A stretch of 64,000 bases of DNA from Thermoplasmatota archaeon (GCA_040751795.1 JBFMHR010000005.1:32001-96000), one strand, 5' to 3'. Shown: positions 37,315 through 47,260, numbered from the stretch's first letter. The notes: generated by a model not told the origin, from the sequence alone. Numbers and translations are program-made.

Positions 37315-38091
37315 TTGATAATCGTCGGAGAGAGGATCAACGGACAGTTCCCTCAGGTGTCTAAGGCCATCGACGCCAGGGACGCGAAGTTCATACAGGA
37401 CATGGCTACGCAGCAGATCGACGCGGGGGCGGACATCCTCGACGTGAACACGGGGCCCGGGAGGGACGACGGCCCCGAGGCGATGGCGTGGCTGGTGCGC
37501 ACGATCCAGGACGCCCACGACGTGCGCCTAGCGATAGACTCCCCCGGCCTCAAGACGCAGGAGGCCGGCCTGAGCGCCTGCAAGAGGACGCCCCTCATCA
37601 ACTCCACGACGGCGGAGGAGAAGAGGATGGAGAAGTTCTTCCCAATGGCCGTCCAGCACGACGCGGAGATGGTCTGCCTCACGATCAACGAGAAGGGCAT
37701 CCCCAACTCTGTCGAGGGCAGGACCGAGGTGGCGATGGTGCTCCTCGCTACGGCAATGGACAAGGGGCTCGACCCGGGGAAGATCTACCTGGACCCGGTG
37801 GTGCTGCCGATAGGCGCGGCCCAGGACCAGTGCCCGGTCGTGTGCGAGGCCGTGTCGGCCTTCAGGTGCCTCAACACGCCGCCACCGAAGACGCTCGTCG
37901 GCCTGAGCAATGTGTCCAGCGGCGCCGAGGAGAGGAGCCTCCTCAACAGCACCTACCTCACGATGCTCCTCGGTCGCGGGCTGGACGCCGCCATAGTCGA
38001 CCCGCTCGACGAGCAGCTCATGAGGTCCGTCAAGGCCTCGGACATCCTGCTCAACAAGAAGCTCTACGCGCACTCCTTCCTGCGCGCCTGA
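37315..38091 (+). CDS. acsE: Methyltetrahydrofolate:corrinoid Fe-S protein methyltransferase
   Basis: TTG start; IIVGERING; LDVNTG; INSTT; YLDP; GLSNVS; LDAAIVDP; pterin-binding TIM barrel. Confidence 0.93.
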   Translation: MIIVGERINGQFPQVSKAIDARDAKFIQDMATQQIDAGADILDVNTGPGRDDGPEAMAWLVRTIQDAHDVRLAIDSPGLKTQEAGLSACKRTPLINSTTAEEKRMEKFFPMAVQHDAEMVCLTINEKGIPNSVEGRTEVAMVLLATAMDKGLDPGKIYLDPVVLPIGAAQDQCPVVCEAVSAFRCLNTPPPKTLVGLSNVSSGAEERSLLNSTYLTMLLGRGLDAAIVDPLDEQLMRSVKASDILLNKKLYAHSFLRA

Positions 38092-38104
38092 GCGAGGGTG
38101 CGGC

Positions 38105-38722
38105 ATGCCTGAGCAGCTCGCCGGGGACAGGGAGGCGCTCAGGCTCGCCTGGGACGCCGCGTCCGCCAGGGACCTCGTCGCCCTCGCCGGGGAGTCGCTC
38201 TCGCGGCCCTCGGGCGAGGGCATGCTCCTGCTCAGGCTGATGGACCGCGAGTGCGCGGTCGACGTGCGGTCGAGAGACATCGCCTTCACCGACGACGGCT
38301 CTCCCCTGAAGCCCCACGTGCAGGTCCTGGTCCTCCACTACATGCTCGGAGCGGGGAGGGGGGAGCCGACCGGCGAGATGGTCACGTTCAGGGAGTTCCC
38401 CGGGGGCGCCCTCTACTTCCCGGCGTACAAGAAGCGCACCCTGGACCTCCTCGTCTCGAGGTTCGGGGCCGACCCGGGGGCGCTGAGGCGCGCCGGCGAG
38501 CGCATGGGCGCATCGCCCATGGACAAGGCGACCGTCGCCTTCCGCACCAGGTTCCTACCCAAGCTCGACGTGGACGTCCTCATGTGGGCCGGGGACGACG
38601 AGGTCCCGTCGTCTGCGAACATCCTCTTCGACTCGTGCGCGGGGAGGATGCTCTCGACGGAGGACGTGACGGTCGTCGCGGGGGTCCTCTGCTCCCGCTT
38701 GGCGGCCCTGTCGAGGGGCTGA
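38105..38722 (+). CDS. DUF3786 domain protein
   Basis: LVLHYM; FREFPGGALY; WAGDDEVPSSANILFD; TEDV. The family is commonly found in acs clusters. Confidence 0.85.
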   Translation: MPEQLAGDREALRLAWDAASARDLVALAGESLSRPSGEGMLLLRLMDRECAVDVRSRDIAFTDDGSPLKPHVQVLVLHYMLGAGRGEPTGEMVTFREFPGGALYFPAYKKRTLDLLVSRFGADPGALRRAGERMGASPMDKATVAFRTRFLPKLDVDVLMWAGDDEVPSSANILFDSCAGRMLSTEDVTVVAGVLCSRLAALSRG

Positions 38723-38834
38723 GCGGGGCCGTCCCCGAGGCGGAGGAGGGCGTACTGACTCCCTCCCTCATGGAGGCAAGTGTTATAGCGGGGCTGGGCA
38801 ATCAACGTCAGGTCTTAGCAAGGGGGGTCGGGGA

Positions 38835-40127
38835 ATGAGCCTGAAACACTGGAGACTCATGTTCTGCGCAGCGGTAGTGATCGCATTCGCGCTCCCGAGC
38901 GCGTCCGTCGCCGTGCCCGAGGCCGACGACGGGCCCGTCCTGACGGACGACGGCAAGGAGTGGACGCTCCTGATGTACTGGGACGCGGACAACAACCTCG
39001 AGTTCTGCACCGAGTTCGCCATGGACGCGTGGACGAGCGCGCTCACCGACGACTCGGAGGTCAACCTGGTGGCCTACGTCGACATCCTCTCGGAGAACGG
39101 GACCTGGGTGTACGACATCCACGACGGCACCTACGAGGCCGTCCAGGAGTGGGAGGAGCTGAACTCCTCCGACCCGGCGACCCTCGGGCGCTTCCTCGAC
39201 TACGGCCTCGAGAACTACCCCGCCGAGAAGACGCTGCTCGTGATCCAGGACCACGGCTACTCGTGGCGCGGCGTCTGCCTCGACGAGACGGACGGCGGCG
39301 GCATAATGCTCATCGACGGGATGGCCCAGGCGATCAGGGACGCCCGCGACGCCAACGGAGGCGTGGGGGTCGACGTCCTGGCCCTCGACGCCTGCAGCGT
39401 CGCGACGGTGGAGATCGCCTACGAGCTCAGGGACACGGTCGACTGGTTCGTGGCCTCGCAGCTCGTGGTACCGTACGACGGCCTCCCGTACCAGATGATG
39501 GTCGAGGCCCTCGTCGCGGAGCCGGACGTGTCGCCCTGCGACTTCTCGAGCGACATGGTCGACATGTACCTCGAGTACTACAGCTCGAAGACGCTATACG
39601 AGCACATCTACCCGTACGACCAGGACTTCATCGCCCTCTCGGCCTTCGACATGTCCATGATGGACGCGTTCGGCGAGGCCTTCATCGGGATGACCGAGGT
39701 GCTCGAGCCCCTGGTGGCCGACAACCGGGCCGCGGTCAAGGACGCCTGGGACTACGCCCTCATGGGCAACTGGGCCAACATAGGCGGCTGGGAGTACCTC
39801 CCCGACGCCTACTCGCTCTTCGGCTGCATGATGGGCATGGACCCTGCCCTGGACGGGGCGATCATCGCCTTCCAGGAGGCCTTCGACGCGGCCCTGCTGA
39901 ACGAGGGCAACAGCGACAGGTTCGGCGAGCTGCCGCACGGGCTCAACATACACTTCCCGCCGAGCCTCGCCCTGTACGACGGTGAGTCGTGGAAGTGGCT
40001 GATGAACTTCGTCTACCACGACATAGGGCTGGACCTCGTGGACTCGTCGCGGTGGGTGCAGTGCCTCATGGAGTACTACTTCTCCGCACCCGGCCTCCAG
40101 CAGTGCGTGAACCACGTCATAGGGTGA
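38835..40127 (+). CDS. Secreted clostripain-family (C11) cysteine peptidase, second copy
   Basis: Signal peptide; WTLLMYWDADNNLE; QDHGYSW; LDACSVA. Confidence 0.9.
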   Translation: MSLKHWRLMFCAAVVIAFALPSASVAVPEADDGPVLTDDGKEWTLLMYWDADNNLEFCTEFAMDAWTSALTDDSEVNLVAYVDILSENGTWVYDIHDGTYEAVQEWEELNSSDPATLGRFLDYGLENYPAEKTLLVIQDHGYSWRGVCLDETDGGGIMLIDGMAQAIRDARDANGGVGVDVLALDACSVATVEIAYELRDTVDWFVASQLVVPYDGLPYQMMVEALVAEPDVSPCDFSSDMVDMYLEYYSSKTLYEHIYPYDQDFIALSAFDMSMMDAFGEAFIGMTEVLEPLVADNRAAVKDAWDYALMGNWANIGGWEYLPDAYSLFGCMMGMDPALDGAIIAFQEAFDAALLNEGNSDRFGELPHGLNIHFPPSLALYDGESWKWLMNFVYHDIGLDLVDSSRWVQCLMEYYFSAPGLQQCVNHVIG

Positions 40128-40164
40128 GGCCCGGGAAGAGTCCACAGGGCGGGGGACGAGGCCT

Positions 40165-40770
40165 CTACTGCGTGAAGGTCTCGCCCTTCTCGTACTTCTC
40201 CCTGAGGTGCTTCAGGACGATCTCCCTGTCGCGCCTGAGGTGGCTCTCGTACCAGACCTTCACGACGTCGGCGAGGACCTCGTGGTACTTCTTCTCGTCG
40301 AACTTGGTGACCGGCGTGTCGATCAGGATGTAGTTGCTGAATATCCTCTTCCAGCCCGCGTACTTGTAGTAGTGCTCCCCCTCGCAGAACTCGAAGGCGA
40401 GCCTGAAGTGGGTCTGGCTGTCGACGCTGTAGAACCACGCCTTGAGGGAGTCGCCCACGCGACCCTGGGTCCTGTCGGTGAGGGAGGCGTTGTCGACCCC
40501 GTCGAACCTGAAGTCGGTCTTCATGTCCCACTGCTCCGGGTAGACCACGAAGTGGGCGAAGGTCTGCGGGTCGGGCAGCATGGTGAAGTGGACGTTGATC
40601 TTGTTGAACCTGGTCCATATCCTGAAGAGGTCGCTCAGCAGGTTCCTGTTGATCTCGGTCTTCTGAGTGCTCTGCTCGACGAGGTTGTCGGTAATCTGGA
40701 GCGTCTTCTTCTCGAGTTCCTCGTCCAGCTGTGTGAACCAGTCGGCGTCCTTCTCATCGGCCTTGGCCAT
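40165..40770 (-). CDS. Conserved hypothetical soluble protein
   Basis: About 200 aa; strong host codon bias; FCEGEHYYKYAGWKR; own TATA upstream. Confidence 0.75.
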   Translation of the reverse strand: MAKADEKDADWFTQLDEELEKKTLQITDNLVEQSTQKTEINRNLLSDLFRIWTRFNKINVHFTMLPDPQTFAHFVVYPEQWDMKTDFRFDGVDNASLTDRTQGRVGDSLKAWFYSVDSQTHFRLAFEFCEGEHYYKYAGWKRIFSNYILIDTPVTKFDEKKYHEVLADVVKVWYESHLRRDREIVLKHLREKYEKGETFTQ

Positions 40771-40922
40771 GCGCATCCCCTTTCAATGGGCATTAGATTA
40801 CATGAATATAAGGCTTTGGTATTTATTCGAACCGACGATTATTTTTCTGGCTCCCCCCTTTTCGGCCCGCAGGGAGGGGGCCCCTCCGGAGGGCCCTCCA
40901 AGGCAACCTAGATGTACGGGAA

Positions 40923-41462
40923 ATGGCTACCGAGGGCGAGGATCAGATGGGGTTCTGGGACCAGCTGACGGAGTTGCTATCGCAGCACCAGGCGGACCCC
41001 CTCGTCTACCTGCTCATATTCTTCGCGTTCTGCGTCGTCGCGGCCATAGCCCTGCCGATACCGATCGAGGTGATGCTCGTCGTGAACCCGACGGTATCGT
41101 TCCCCCTCAAGGCGCTGGTCATGGGCCTGGGCAAGGGCGCCGGCGCGCTCGCGGTCTTCTACATAGGCGCCAAGGTGGGGGACGTCCTCAGGTTCTCGCA
41201 CTGGGGCTGGTTCAGGTGGATCCTCGCCAAGAGCGAGGTCTTCGTCAGGAGATTCGGCACCATCGCGCTGTACGTCATCATGTCCATACCGTTCATGCTC
41301 GACAGCGTCCCCCTGTACCTCTTCTCCATACTCAACAAGGAGGGGCACTTCATGACCCTCAGGGACTTCGTGTTCGCGAACTTCCTGGCCGGGATCAACA
41401 GGGCCATCTTGGTCTACATGCTGTTCTACGAGCTGGGTTTCGACGAATGGTTCACCCTGTAG
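40923..41462 (+). CDS. Membrane protein, DedA/VTT-like
   Basis: LPIPIE; GKGAGA...FYIG; IPFMLD pattern; about 4 hydrophobic segments. Confidence 0.65.
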   Translation: MATEGEDQMGFWDQLTELLSQHQADPLVYLLIFFAFCVVAAIALPIPIEVMLVVNPTVSFPLKALVMGLGKGAGALAVFYIGAKVGDVLRFSHWGWFRWILAKSEVFVRRFGTIALYVIMSIPFMLDSVPLYLFSILNKEGHFMTLRDFVFANFLAGINRAILVYMLFYELGFDEWFTL

Positions 41463-41474
41463 GGCTCCCCGACT

Positions 41475-42227
41475 CTACACGATCCTCTGCGTGGTCTTGA
41501 GGACGACGTGGCTGTCCTCCATGTCCAGGTCGATGACCTTCTCAGGGACCGTGGTCATGCGCATCTTCGGGATGCTCATGTAGTGCCTCACCCGGTCCCC
41601 GGACCTGTCCGCGCCTATCTCCAGTATGCCGTCGAAGTCGTGGGCCATCAGGCTGAAGAGCTCCTCCCTGACGCCCGTCGGGAAGGTGTGGAACGCCACC
41701 GCCTCGAACGCCCTGAGGTCGGCGAAGGCCCTCCTCCCCCAGCGCATGACCTCTATCGCCCCCTTCCCCGTCAGGGTGCCGGGGACGCTCTCGCAGACCG
41801 CCCTGACACCCTTCAGGTTCGCCATCCGCTCGACCGCGGCCGCGAGCCCGTCCTGGAGGACCCTCTCGTCGTCCACCTCCGGGACCGAGATGATCTTCTT
41901 CTGGATCTGCTGCTCGACGCCCATGCCGGACGTGCGCTTCTGCATCGAGTAGCAGTCGATTATGACCAGCTGGTCGTTGGCGACCGGTTCCAGCACGTCG
42001 TACCCCTGCTGCTTCATGCTGCTGATCAGGTGGGCAACGGGCCGCGAGAGGCAGCAGTAGATCGCGGGCGCCCCGTGCTTCAGCCCCTCGGCCACGAACT
42101 GCTGGACTATGCACTCCGTGAAGTTGGACGGCTCCGCCCTGAGGGCGATAGTGGAGTTGGTCGGGATGCCTCCCTGGAGGACGCCGTCCAGGCCGGGTAT
42201 GCCCGAGGGCACCCTAGCGACTATCAT
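41475..42227 (-). CDS. KaiC/RAD55-family RecA-fold protein with degenerate Walker motifs
   Basis: RVPSGIPGLDGVLQGGIP; IIDCYS; DGILE; IPKMR. The Walker A position reads AEPSNFTE. Confidence 0.8.
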   Translation of the reverse strand: MIVARVPSGIPGLDGVLQGGIPTNSTIALRAEPSNFTECIVQQFVAEGLKHGAPAIYCCLSRPVAHLISSMKQQGYDVLEPVANDQLVIIDCYSMQKRTSGMGVEQQIQKKIISVPEVDDERVLQDGLAAAVERMANLKGVRAVCESVPGTLTGKGAIEVMRWGRRAFADLRAFEAVAFHTFPTGVREELFSLMAHDFDGILEIGADRSGDRVRHYMSIPKMRMTTVPEKVIDLDMEDSHVVLKTTQRIV

Positions 42228-42279
42228 GGGGGACCGTGGAGGGATTGGCCTGGAGCCTATTTCCGCTTTGCTGCCGCCC

Positions 42280-43200
42280 TCACCTGGTCGGGGGCGCCTC
42301 GACTATGGGCTCCTCGTCCTCCTTCTGCGTGAACCTGAGGACGAACACCGCCGCGATGACCAGCACTATACCCACGCTCTGCAGGAGGTCGACCGTCTCC
42401 GAGATCAGCAGGACCGCCAGTATCACGCCCGACACCGGCTCTATCCCCGCGATCATGCTCGCCCTGCTCGCCTCGATGTGCCTCAGGGCGAACATCGCGA
42501 CCACGAACCCGAGCGTGCCGGGCAGGAGCCCCACGAGGAACATGTAGAGCCACGCGTCGGCCGAGAGGGGCGAGTCCAGGACGTCGAACGGGTTGACCGC
42601 AATCAGGAGCCCCGGGATCATGAGGAGCGTCATGTAGAGCGCCAGGGTGCTCGACGAGTACACCACAAGGAGCTTCTTGGCCCAGACGTAGTAGACCGTC
42701 GCCGCGACGGCGGTGAACATCCCGAGGCCGACGCCGACGATGTTGAGCCTCACCGCCTCCAGGTCGTAGGCCTCCGCGACGAGGACGCACCCCACGAAGG
42801 TCAGCGGGAGCGCGACCGCCTTCGAGGCGGTCATCCTCTCGCCGAGGAGGAAGATGGAGGCGATGGTGACCATGCTGGGGTACGAGTAGAGGAGTATGAG
42901 GGCGGTGGAGACGGAGGTCATGTCCACGGCGTTGTACCACGCCAGCGAGAAGAGTGTGCCGGTGATGACTGCGAATACCGTCAGAGCGGGGAGGTCCTTC
43001 ACCTTTATCCTGAACGCCTTCCTGTCGAACACCGCGAGGAGCCCGACGAGTATCACGGCCGACATCAGCGTCCCGAAGAGGGCGACCTGGTTCGCGGTTG
43101 CCCCCGCCTCTATCGCGAGGACGGTGAATGTCCCGGACGTGCCCCACATGACGGCCGCGAAGGCCATCATGCCGTACGCCAGGTTCTTCGAGATGTGCAT
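42280..43200 (-). CDS. EamA/DMT family transporter
   Basis: 10 TM in two halves; WGTSG; LGER; EPV. Confidence 0.9.
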   Translation of the reverse strand: MHISKNLAYGMMAFAAVMWGTSGTFTVLAIEAGATANQVALFGTLMSAVILVGLLAVFDRKAFRIKVKDLPALTVFAVITGTLFSLAWYNAVDMTSVSTALILLYSYPSMVTIASIFLLGERMTASKAVALPLTFVGCVLVAEAYDLEAVRLNIVGVGLGMFTAVAATVYYVWAKKLLVVYSSSTLALYMTLLMIPGLLIAVNPFDVLDSPLSADAWLYMFLVGLLPGTLGFVVAMFALRHIEASRASMIAGIEPVSGVILAVLLISETVDLLQSVGIVLVIAAVFVLRFTQKEDEEPIVEAPPTR

Positions 43201-43245
43201 GGGTGCGCCCTCCCGGCCCGGTGTATGCGGATGTCCCTGATGAAC

Positions 43246-44445
43246 CTATGCCGGGCGGCGCCTTCCCGTGGCGACCAGCAGCACCGACGCCGCCACGGCC
43301 GTGCACGCCCCGAAGGCGAAGGTGGCCCACGGCCCCACCGAGTCCCAGAGGAGCCCTGCCACTATCCCGCCGGGGAGCATGACGAGCCCGACCGACGTGT
43401 GGAAGGCCCCCAGGGCCGTCCCCCTCAGGTCCTTGGGTATCACGTCGACCACGTACGCCTTGAGCACCCCCTCGGAGGTGCCCTTGTACAGGCCGAACAG
43501 GGCGAAGCCGGCCATGAGGAGCACAAGCCCGTCGGCCACGGCCATGGTCGCGCACGTGACGACGAACATGGAGAACGAGAACAGCACCACGGGCACCCGC
43601 CCGAGCCTGTCCGAGAGGCTCCCGGAGGGGATCGCCACCAGGACGAAGACGACGTTGTACAGTAGGTACAGGGCTATGATGGTCGTATCGGAGAGGCCGG
43701 CGTCCTGCCCCTTCAGCAGGAAGAAGGCGTAGCTGATCTCGCCCACGTAGAAGGTGACCACGACCGCCATGAGCGCCCAGAACTCCCTCCCCAGCTTCGA
43801 CATGTCCCGCAGGAAGGCCCCCCTCGCGGTCCGGGGCGCCCCCCTCCTCTCCCTCACGAACAGGGATATCACGGCCACTGCCGCGAAAGCCGGGACGACC
43901 GCGACCATGAACACGAGCCTGTACCTCTCGAGCTCCTCCATCGACGCCGCGAGGGCGAGCACGGCCAGCGCCGCGACGACGCCCGCGACCGCTCCCGCGG
44001 AGTCCATGGCCTTGTGGAACCCGAACGCCTTGCCCATCGACTCCGGGGCGGTCGAGTCGGCCACCAGGGCGTCCCTCGGGGCGCTCCTGACCCCCTTGCC
44101 GACCCTCTCGGTCACGCGTATGCCCAGGACGTGCCACGGGGACGTGGCGAGGATCAGGAGGGGCTTGACGGCCGCGCTGGAGCCGTAGCCGCCCAGCAGG
44201 AACGGCTTGCGCCTGTTGTACCTGTCCGAGAGCCATCCCGAGGCGACCTTGAGGAGCGACGCGGTCGTCTCGGCCGCCCCCTCGATCATCCCTATGAGCA
44301 GGCCGCCGGCGCCGATGCTCACCAGGAAGAGCGGGAGCACCGCGTAGATCATGTCGCTGCTCAGGTCCGTGAGGAAGCTGACCACTCCGAGGACGAGGAC
44401 GTTCGCGCTCACCCCCCGGAGCAGCCTCCTGCGGGTCTCCGACAT
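43246..44445 (-). CDS. MFS transporter
   Basis: GWLSDRYNRRK and LSDRLGR motif-A loops; GKGVRSAPRDAL; 12 TM. Confidence 0.9.
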   Translation of the reverse strand: MSETRRRLLRGVSANVLVLGVVSFLTDLSSDMIYAVLPLFLVSIGAGGLLIGMIEGAAETTASLLKVASGWLSDRYNRRKPFLLGGYGSSAAVKPLLILATSPWHVLGIRVTERVGKGVRSAPRDALVADSTAPESMGKAFGFHKAMDSAGAVAGVVAALAVLALAASMEELERYRLVFMVAVVPAFAAVAVISLFVRERRGAPRTARGAFLRDMSKLGREFWALMAVVVTFYVGEISYAFFLLKGQDAGLSDTTIIALYLLYNVVFVLVAIPSGSLSDRLGRVPVVLFSFSMFVVTCATMAVADGLVLLMAGFALFGLYKGTSEGVLKAYVVDVIPKDLRGTALGAFHTSVGLVMLPGGIVAGLLWDSVGPWATFAFGACTAVAASVLLVATGRRRPA

Positions 44446-44543
44446 CGGCCGTCCCCAGCCTTTGTCGGGATTTAACCTTTGCACCTCCGACCCGCCGCGC
44501 CGCCGGTGAAGCTTATCGAGTACCTAGTGGATTACGTGGCCGC

Positions 44544-45308
44544 ATGAAAGCGAAGGAAGTGCCCGTGGACCTGCGCTCCAGGCTGAAGGACGCCGCGACC
44601 AGGAGGGGGGCGGTCGTGTTCGGCGTGGCGTCGGTCGAGGCCGCCGACTCCCTCCCCAGGGTCAAGGTCGGCTACACGATCAACAGGTGGACCGAGCCGA
44701 TCAGGAAGGGCATGCCCCAGGCGAGGAGCGCCGTGGTGTACGGCATACAGTCGGCCGACGACTCCGACGAGCTCGAGGTGAGGAGGCCGGACGGGCGGCT
44801 CGCCTACCCGGGGTACATGCCCATCAGCGTGATAGCCCGCGACCTGATCGCGATACTGAAGAACGAGGGCTGGAGGGCGTCCTTCGGGCACGAGCTCATA
44901 CACCACAAGAGCCTCGCGATGCTGGCCGGCGTCGGCTCGTACGGGAAGAACTCGCTCATCATCTCCCCGAAGCACGGGCCGTGGCTCAGGTTCGGCGTGG
45001 TCATCACCGACGCCCCCCTGGAGGCGGACGAGCCCCTCGGCAAGGACCTCTGCGGCAAGTGCACGAGGTGCATGAGGGCGTGCCCGGCCGGCGCGCTGGA
45101 GAAGGCCTTCACGGTGGACGCGGACAGGTGCCTCGTGGGCGCGGGGGAGCTCGAGGACCCCCCGAAGGCGCTCAGGCCCCTCCTCGCGAAGCACGAGCCG
45201 AAGCTCACCCCGCGGACGAGGGTGATGTGCACGGTGTGTCAGATGGCCTGCCCCTACACCCCAGCCGAGAGGAGGCGGAACACCTTCTCCCTCGGCAGGT
45301 CCCGGTAG
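44544..45308 (+). CDS. QueG-like 4Fe-4S (probably cobalamin-binding) oxidoreductase
   Basis: HK..A..AGVGSYGKNSLII...GPWLRFG...TD; CGKCTRCMRACP; C...CTVCQMACP. Confidence 0.85.
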   Translation: MKAKEVPVDLRSRLKDAATRRGAVVFGVASVEAADSLPRVKVGYTINRWTEPIRKGMPQARSAVVYGIQSADDSDELEVRRPDGRLAYPGYMPISVIARDLIAILKNEGWRASFGHELIHHKSLAMLAGVGSYGKNSLIISPKHGPWLRFGVVITDAPLEADEPLGKDLCGKCTRCMRACPAGALEKAFTVDADRCLVGAGELEDPPKALRPLLAKHEPKLTPRTRVMCTVCQMACPYTPAERRRNTFSLGRSR

Positions 45309-45404
45309 TCGCCGCAGCCGCCCCCGACGGCGGTACTGGCGCCCTTGGATTGGCCGGCTCGTGACACAAGAAGTTTTAAATGGGGTAACCGGATATTGCC
45401 GGCA

Positions 45405-46475
45405 ATGGTTCCAAGGGAACGCATAGCCAAGATGGTCGAGGGCTACGACCGCGACAAGCTCACCATAGCGACCGTGTGCTCCCACACCTCGCTGCAGATC
45501 TTCGACGGCGCCCGCAAGGAGGGGCTGAGGACCCTCGGCATCACGGTCGGGCAGCACATCAAGTTCTACGACGCCTTCCCGAGGGGCAAGCCCGACGAGT
45601 TCCTCAAGGTCGGCTCCTACATGGACCTGCTCGACATGTCGGACGAGCTCGCCGCTCGGAACGTCATACTCGTCCCGCACGGCTCCTTCGTCGAGTACAT
45701 GACCCCGAAGATGTTCGAGGAGATCGAGGCCCCGACATTCGGCAACAGGCGCGTCCTCGAGTGGGAGAGCAACAGGACGATGGAGAGGGAGTGGCTCGTC
45801 TCGGCGGGCGCGGAGATGCCCAACATCATCGAGGACCCGAAGATGATCGACCGGCCGGTGCTGGTCAAGTACGACGGCGCCAAGGGCGGCCGCGGGTTCT
45901 TCATCGCCAAGGACTACCCCGACTTCAAGCTCGGGATAGACAGCTCCCAGAGATTCACGATCCAGGAGTACGTCCTCGGCACGAGGTACTACGTCCACTT
46001 CTTCTACTCGCCCATCAGGACCGAGGGGTACAGGCTGAAGAAGGGCGTGCTCGAGCTCCTGAGCATGGACAGGAGGGACGAGTCCAACGTCGACGAGATG
46101 TACAAGCTCGGCGCGCAGGAGGAGCTGAAGAAGCTCGGCTTCTTCCCGTCGTTCGTGGTCACGGGCAACATCCCCGTGGTCGCGAGGGAGTCGCTCCTCC
46201 CCAAGATGCTGGACCTGGGGGAGAAGGTCGTCGAGCGCTCCATAGAGCTCTTCGGCGGCATGATTGGCCCCTTCTGCCTCGAGAGCATAGTCACGGACGA
46301 CCTCAGGATCAAGGTCTTCGAGATCTCCTCGAGGATCGTCGCGGGCACCAACCCGTTCATATCCGGCTCGCCCTACTCTGACCTCCTGGAGCCCAACGTG
46401 TCCACGGGCCGCAGGATAGCGCAGGAGGTAAGGTACGCGGCCGAGAAGGGCCTCCTCCCGGAGGTGGTCTCGTGA
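45405..46475 (+). CDS. purP: FAICAR synthetase (formate-dependent ATP-grasp)
   Basis: CSHTSLQI; PHGSFVEY; GAKGGRG; VTGN.P...RES; FEISSRIVAGTN; STGRRIA. Confidence 0.93.
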   Translation: MVPRERIAKMVEGYDRDKLTIATVCSHTSLQIFDGARKEGLRTLGITVGQHIKFYDAFPRGKPDEFLKVGSYMDLLDMSDELAARNVILVPHGSFVEYMTPKMFEEIEAPTFGNRRVLEWESNRTMEREWLVSAGAEMPNIIEDPKMIDRPVLVKYDGAKGGRGFFIAKDYPDFKLGIDSSQRFTIQEYVLGTRYYVHFFYSPIRTEGYRLKKGVLELLSMDRRDESNVDEMYKLGAQEELKKLGFFPSFVVTGNIPVVARESLLPKMLDLGEKVVERSIELFGGMIGPFCLESIVTDDLRIKVFEISSRIVAGTNPFISGSPYSDLLEPNVSTGRRIAQEVRYAAEKGLLPEVVS

Positions 46476-47260
46476 GGCAGTTCTTCTTCATACTCGCCGA
46501 CGCGGAGCTGGAGCTCATCCCCCCGGAGATACTGGGGGAGAGGTGCATCCAGAACAACGCCCGCGCCAGGGGCAAGGCCCCGGAGAAGATCCTCCTCGAC
46601 GCGTCGCACCACCACCCGGCGTTCGGGAAGCTCAGGGACTCCGACAGGCGCGGCAGGCCGGACATAACCCACTTCTTCCTCATGCTCTGCCTCGACTCCG
46701 ACCTCTCCTTCGAGAAGAGGCTCAGGGCCTTCGTGCACACCCGCAACGACGACGTCATCGCCGTGAACCCGGAGACGCGGCTCCCGCCGAACTACCCGCG
46801 CTTCGTCGGCCTCATCGAGACGCTCTACGAGAAGCAGGTCGTCCCGTCCGCCGAGAACGCCCTCCTCGAGCTGAGGCACGGCGTCCCGCTGGAGACGCTG
46901 GTCGCGGCCCTAAAGCCCGACGAGATAGTCGTCCTGGACTCGACGGGCGAGAAGACCGACGTCCTCCCCCGGAGGATGGCCGAGCTCGAGGGCGAGAGGG
47001 TCGTCGTGATCATAGGCGGGTTCTCGAAGGGGTGCTTCCGCACCGACCTCAAGAAGCTGAAGCCGGCGCCAAGGTGCTACTCGCTCGGCGAGCGCATGAT
47101 GAAGGTCTGGACGGTGACGGCGAAGGTCCTCTGCTCGATAGACATGTCGGAGAGGATGGCCGTGCCGGCCGAGGCCCCCGGGCCGGCCGACGCGCCCAAG
47201 CCGAAGAAGGTCAGAGCACCTTCAAAACCTCGTCCCGCTCGGAAGAAGAAAGCGGAGTAG
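46472..47260 (+). CDS. nep1: 16S rRNA pseudouridine N1-methyltransferase Nep1
   Basis: ADAELE; LDASHH; RGRPDI.H; RLPPNYPRFVGL; IGGF. Confidence 0.9.
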   Translation: MRQFFFILADAELELIPPEILGERCIQNNARARGKAPEKILLDASHHHPAFGKLRDSDRRGRPDITHFFLMLCLDSDLSFEKRLRAFVHTRNDDVIAVNPETRLPPNYPRFVGLIETLYEKQVVPSAENALLELRHGVPLETLVAALKPDEIVVLDSTGEKTDVLPRRMAELEGERVVVIIGGFSKGCFRTDLKKLKPAPRCYSLGERMMKVWTVTAKVLCSIDMSERMAVPAEAPGPADAPKPKKVRAPSKPRPARKKKAE

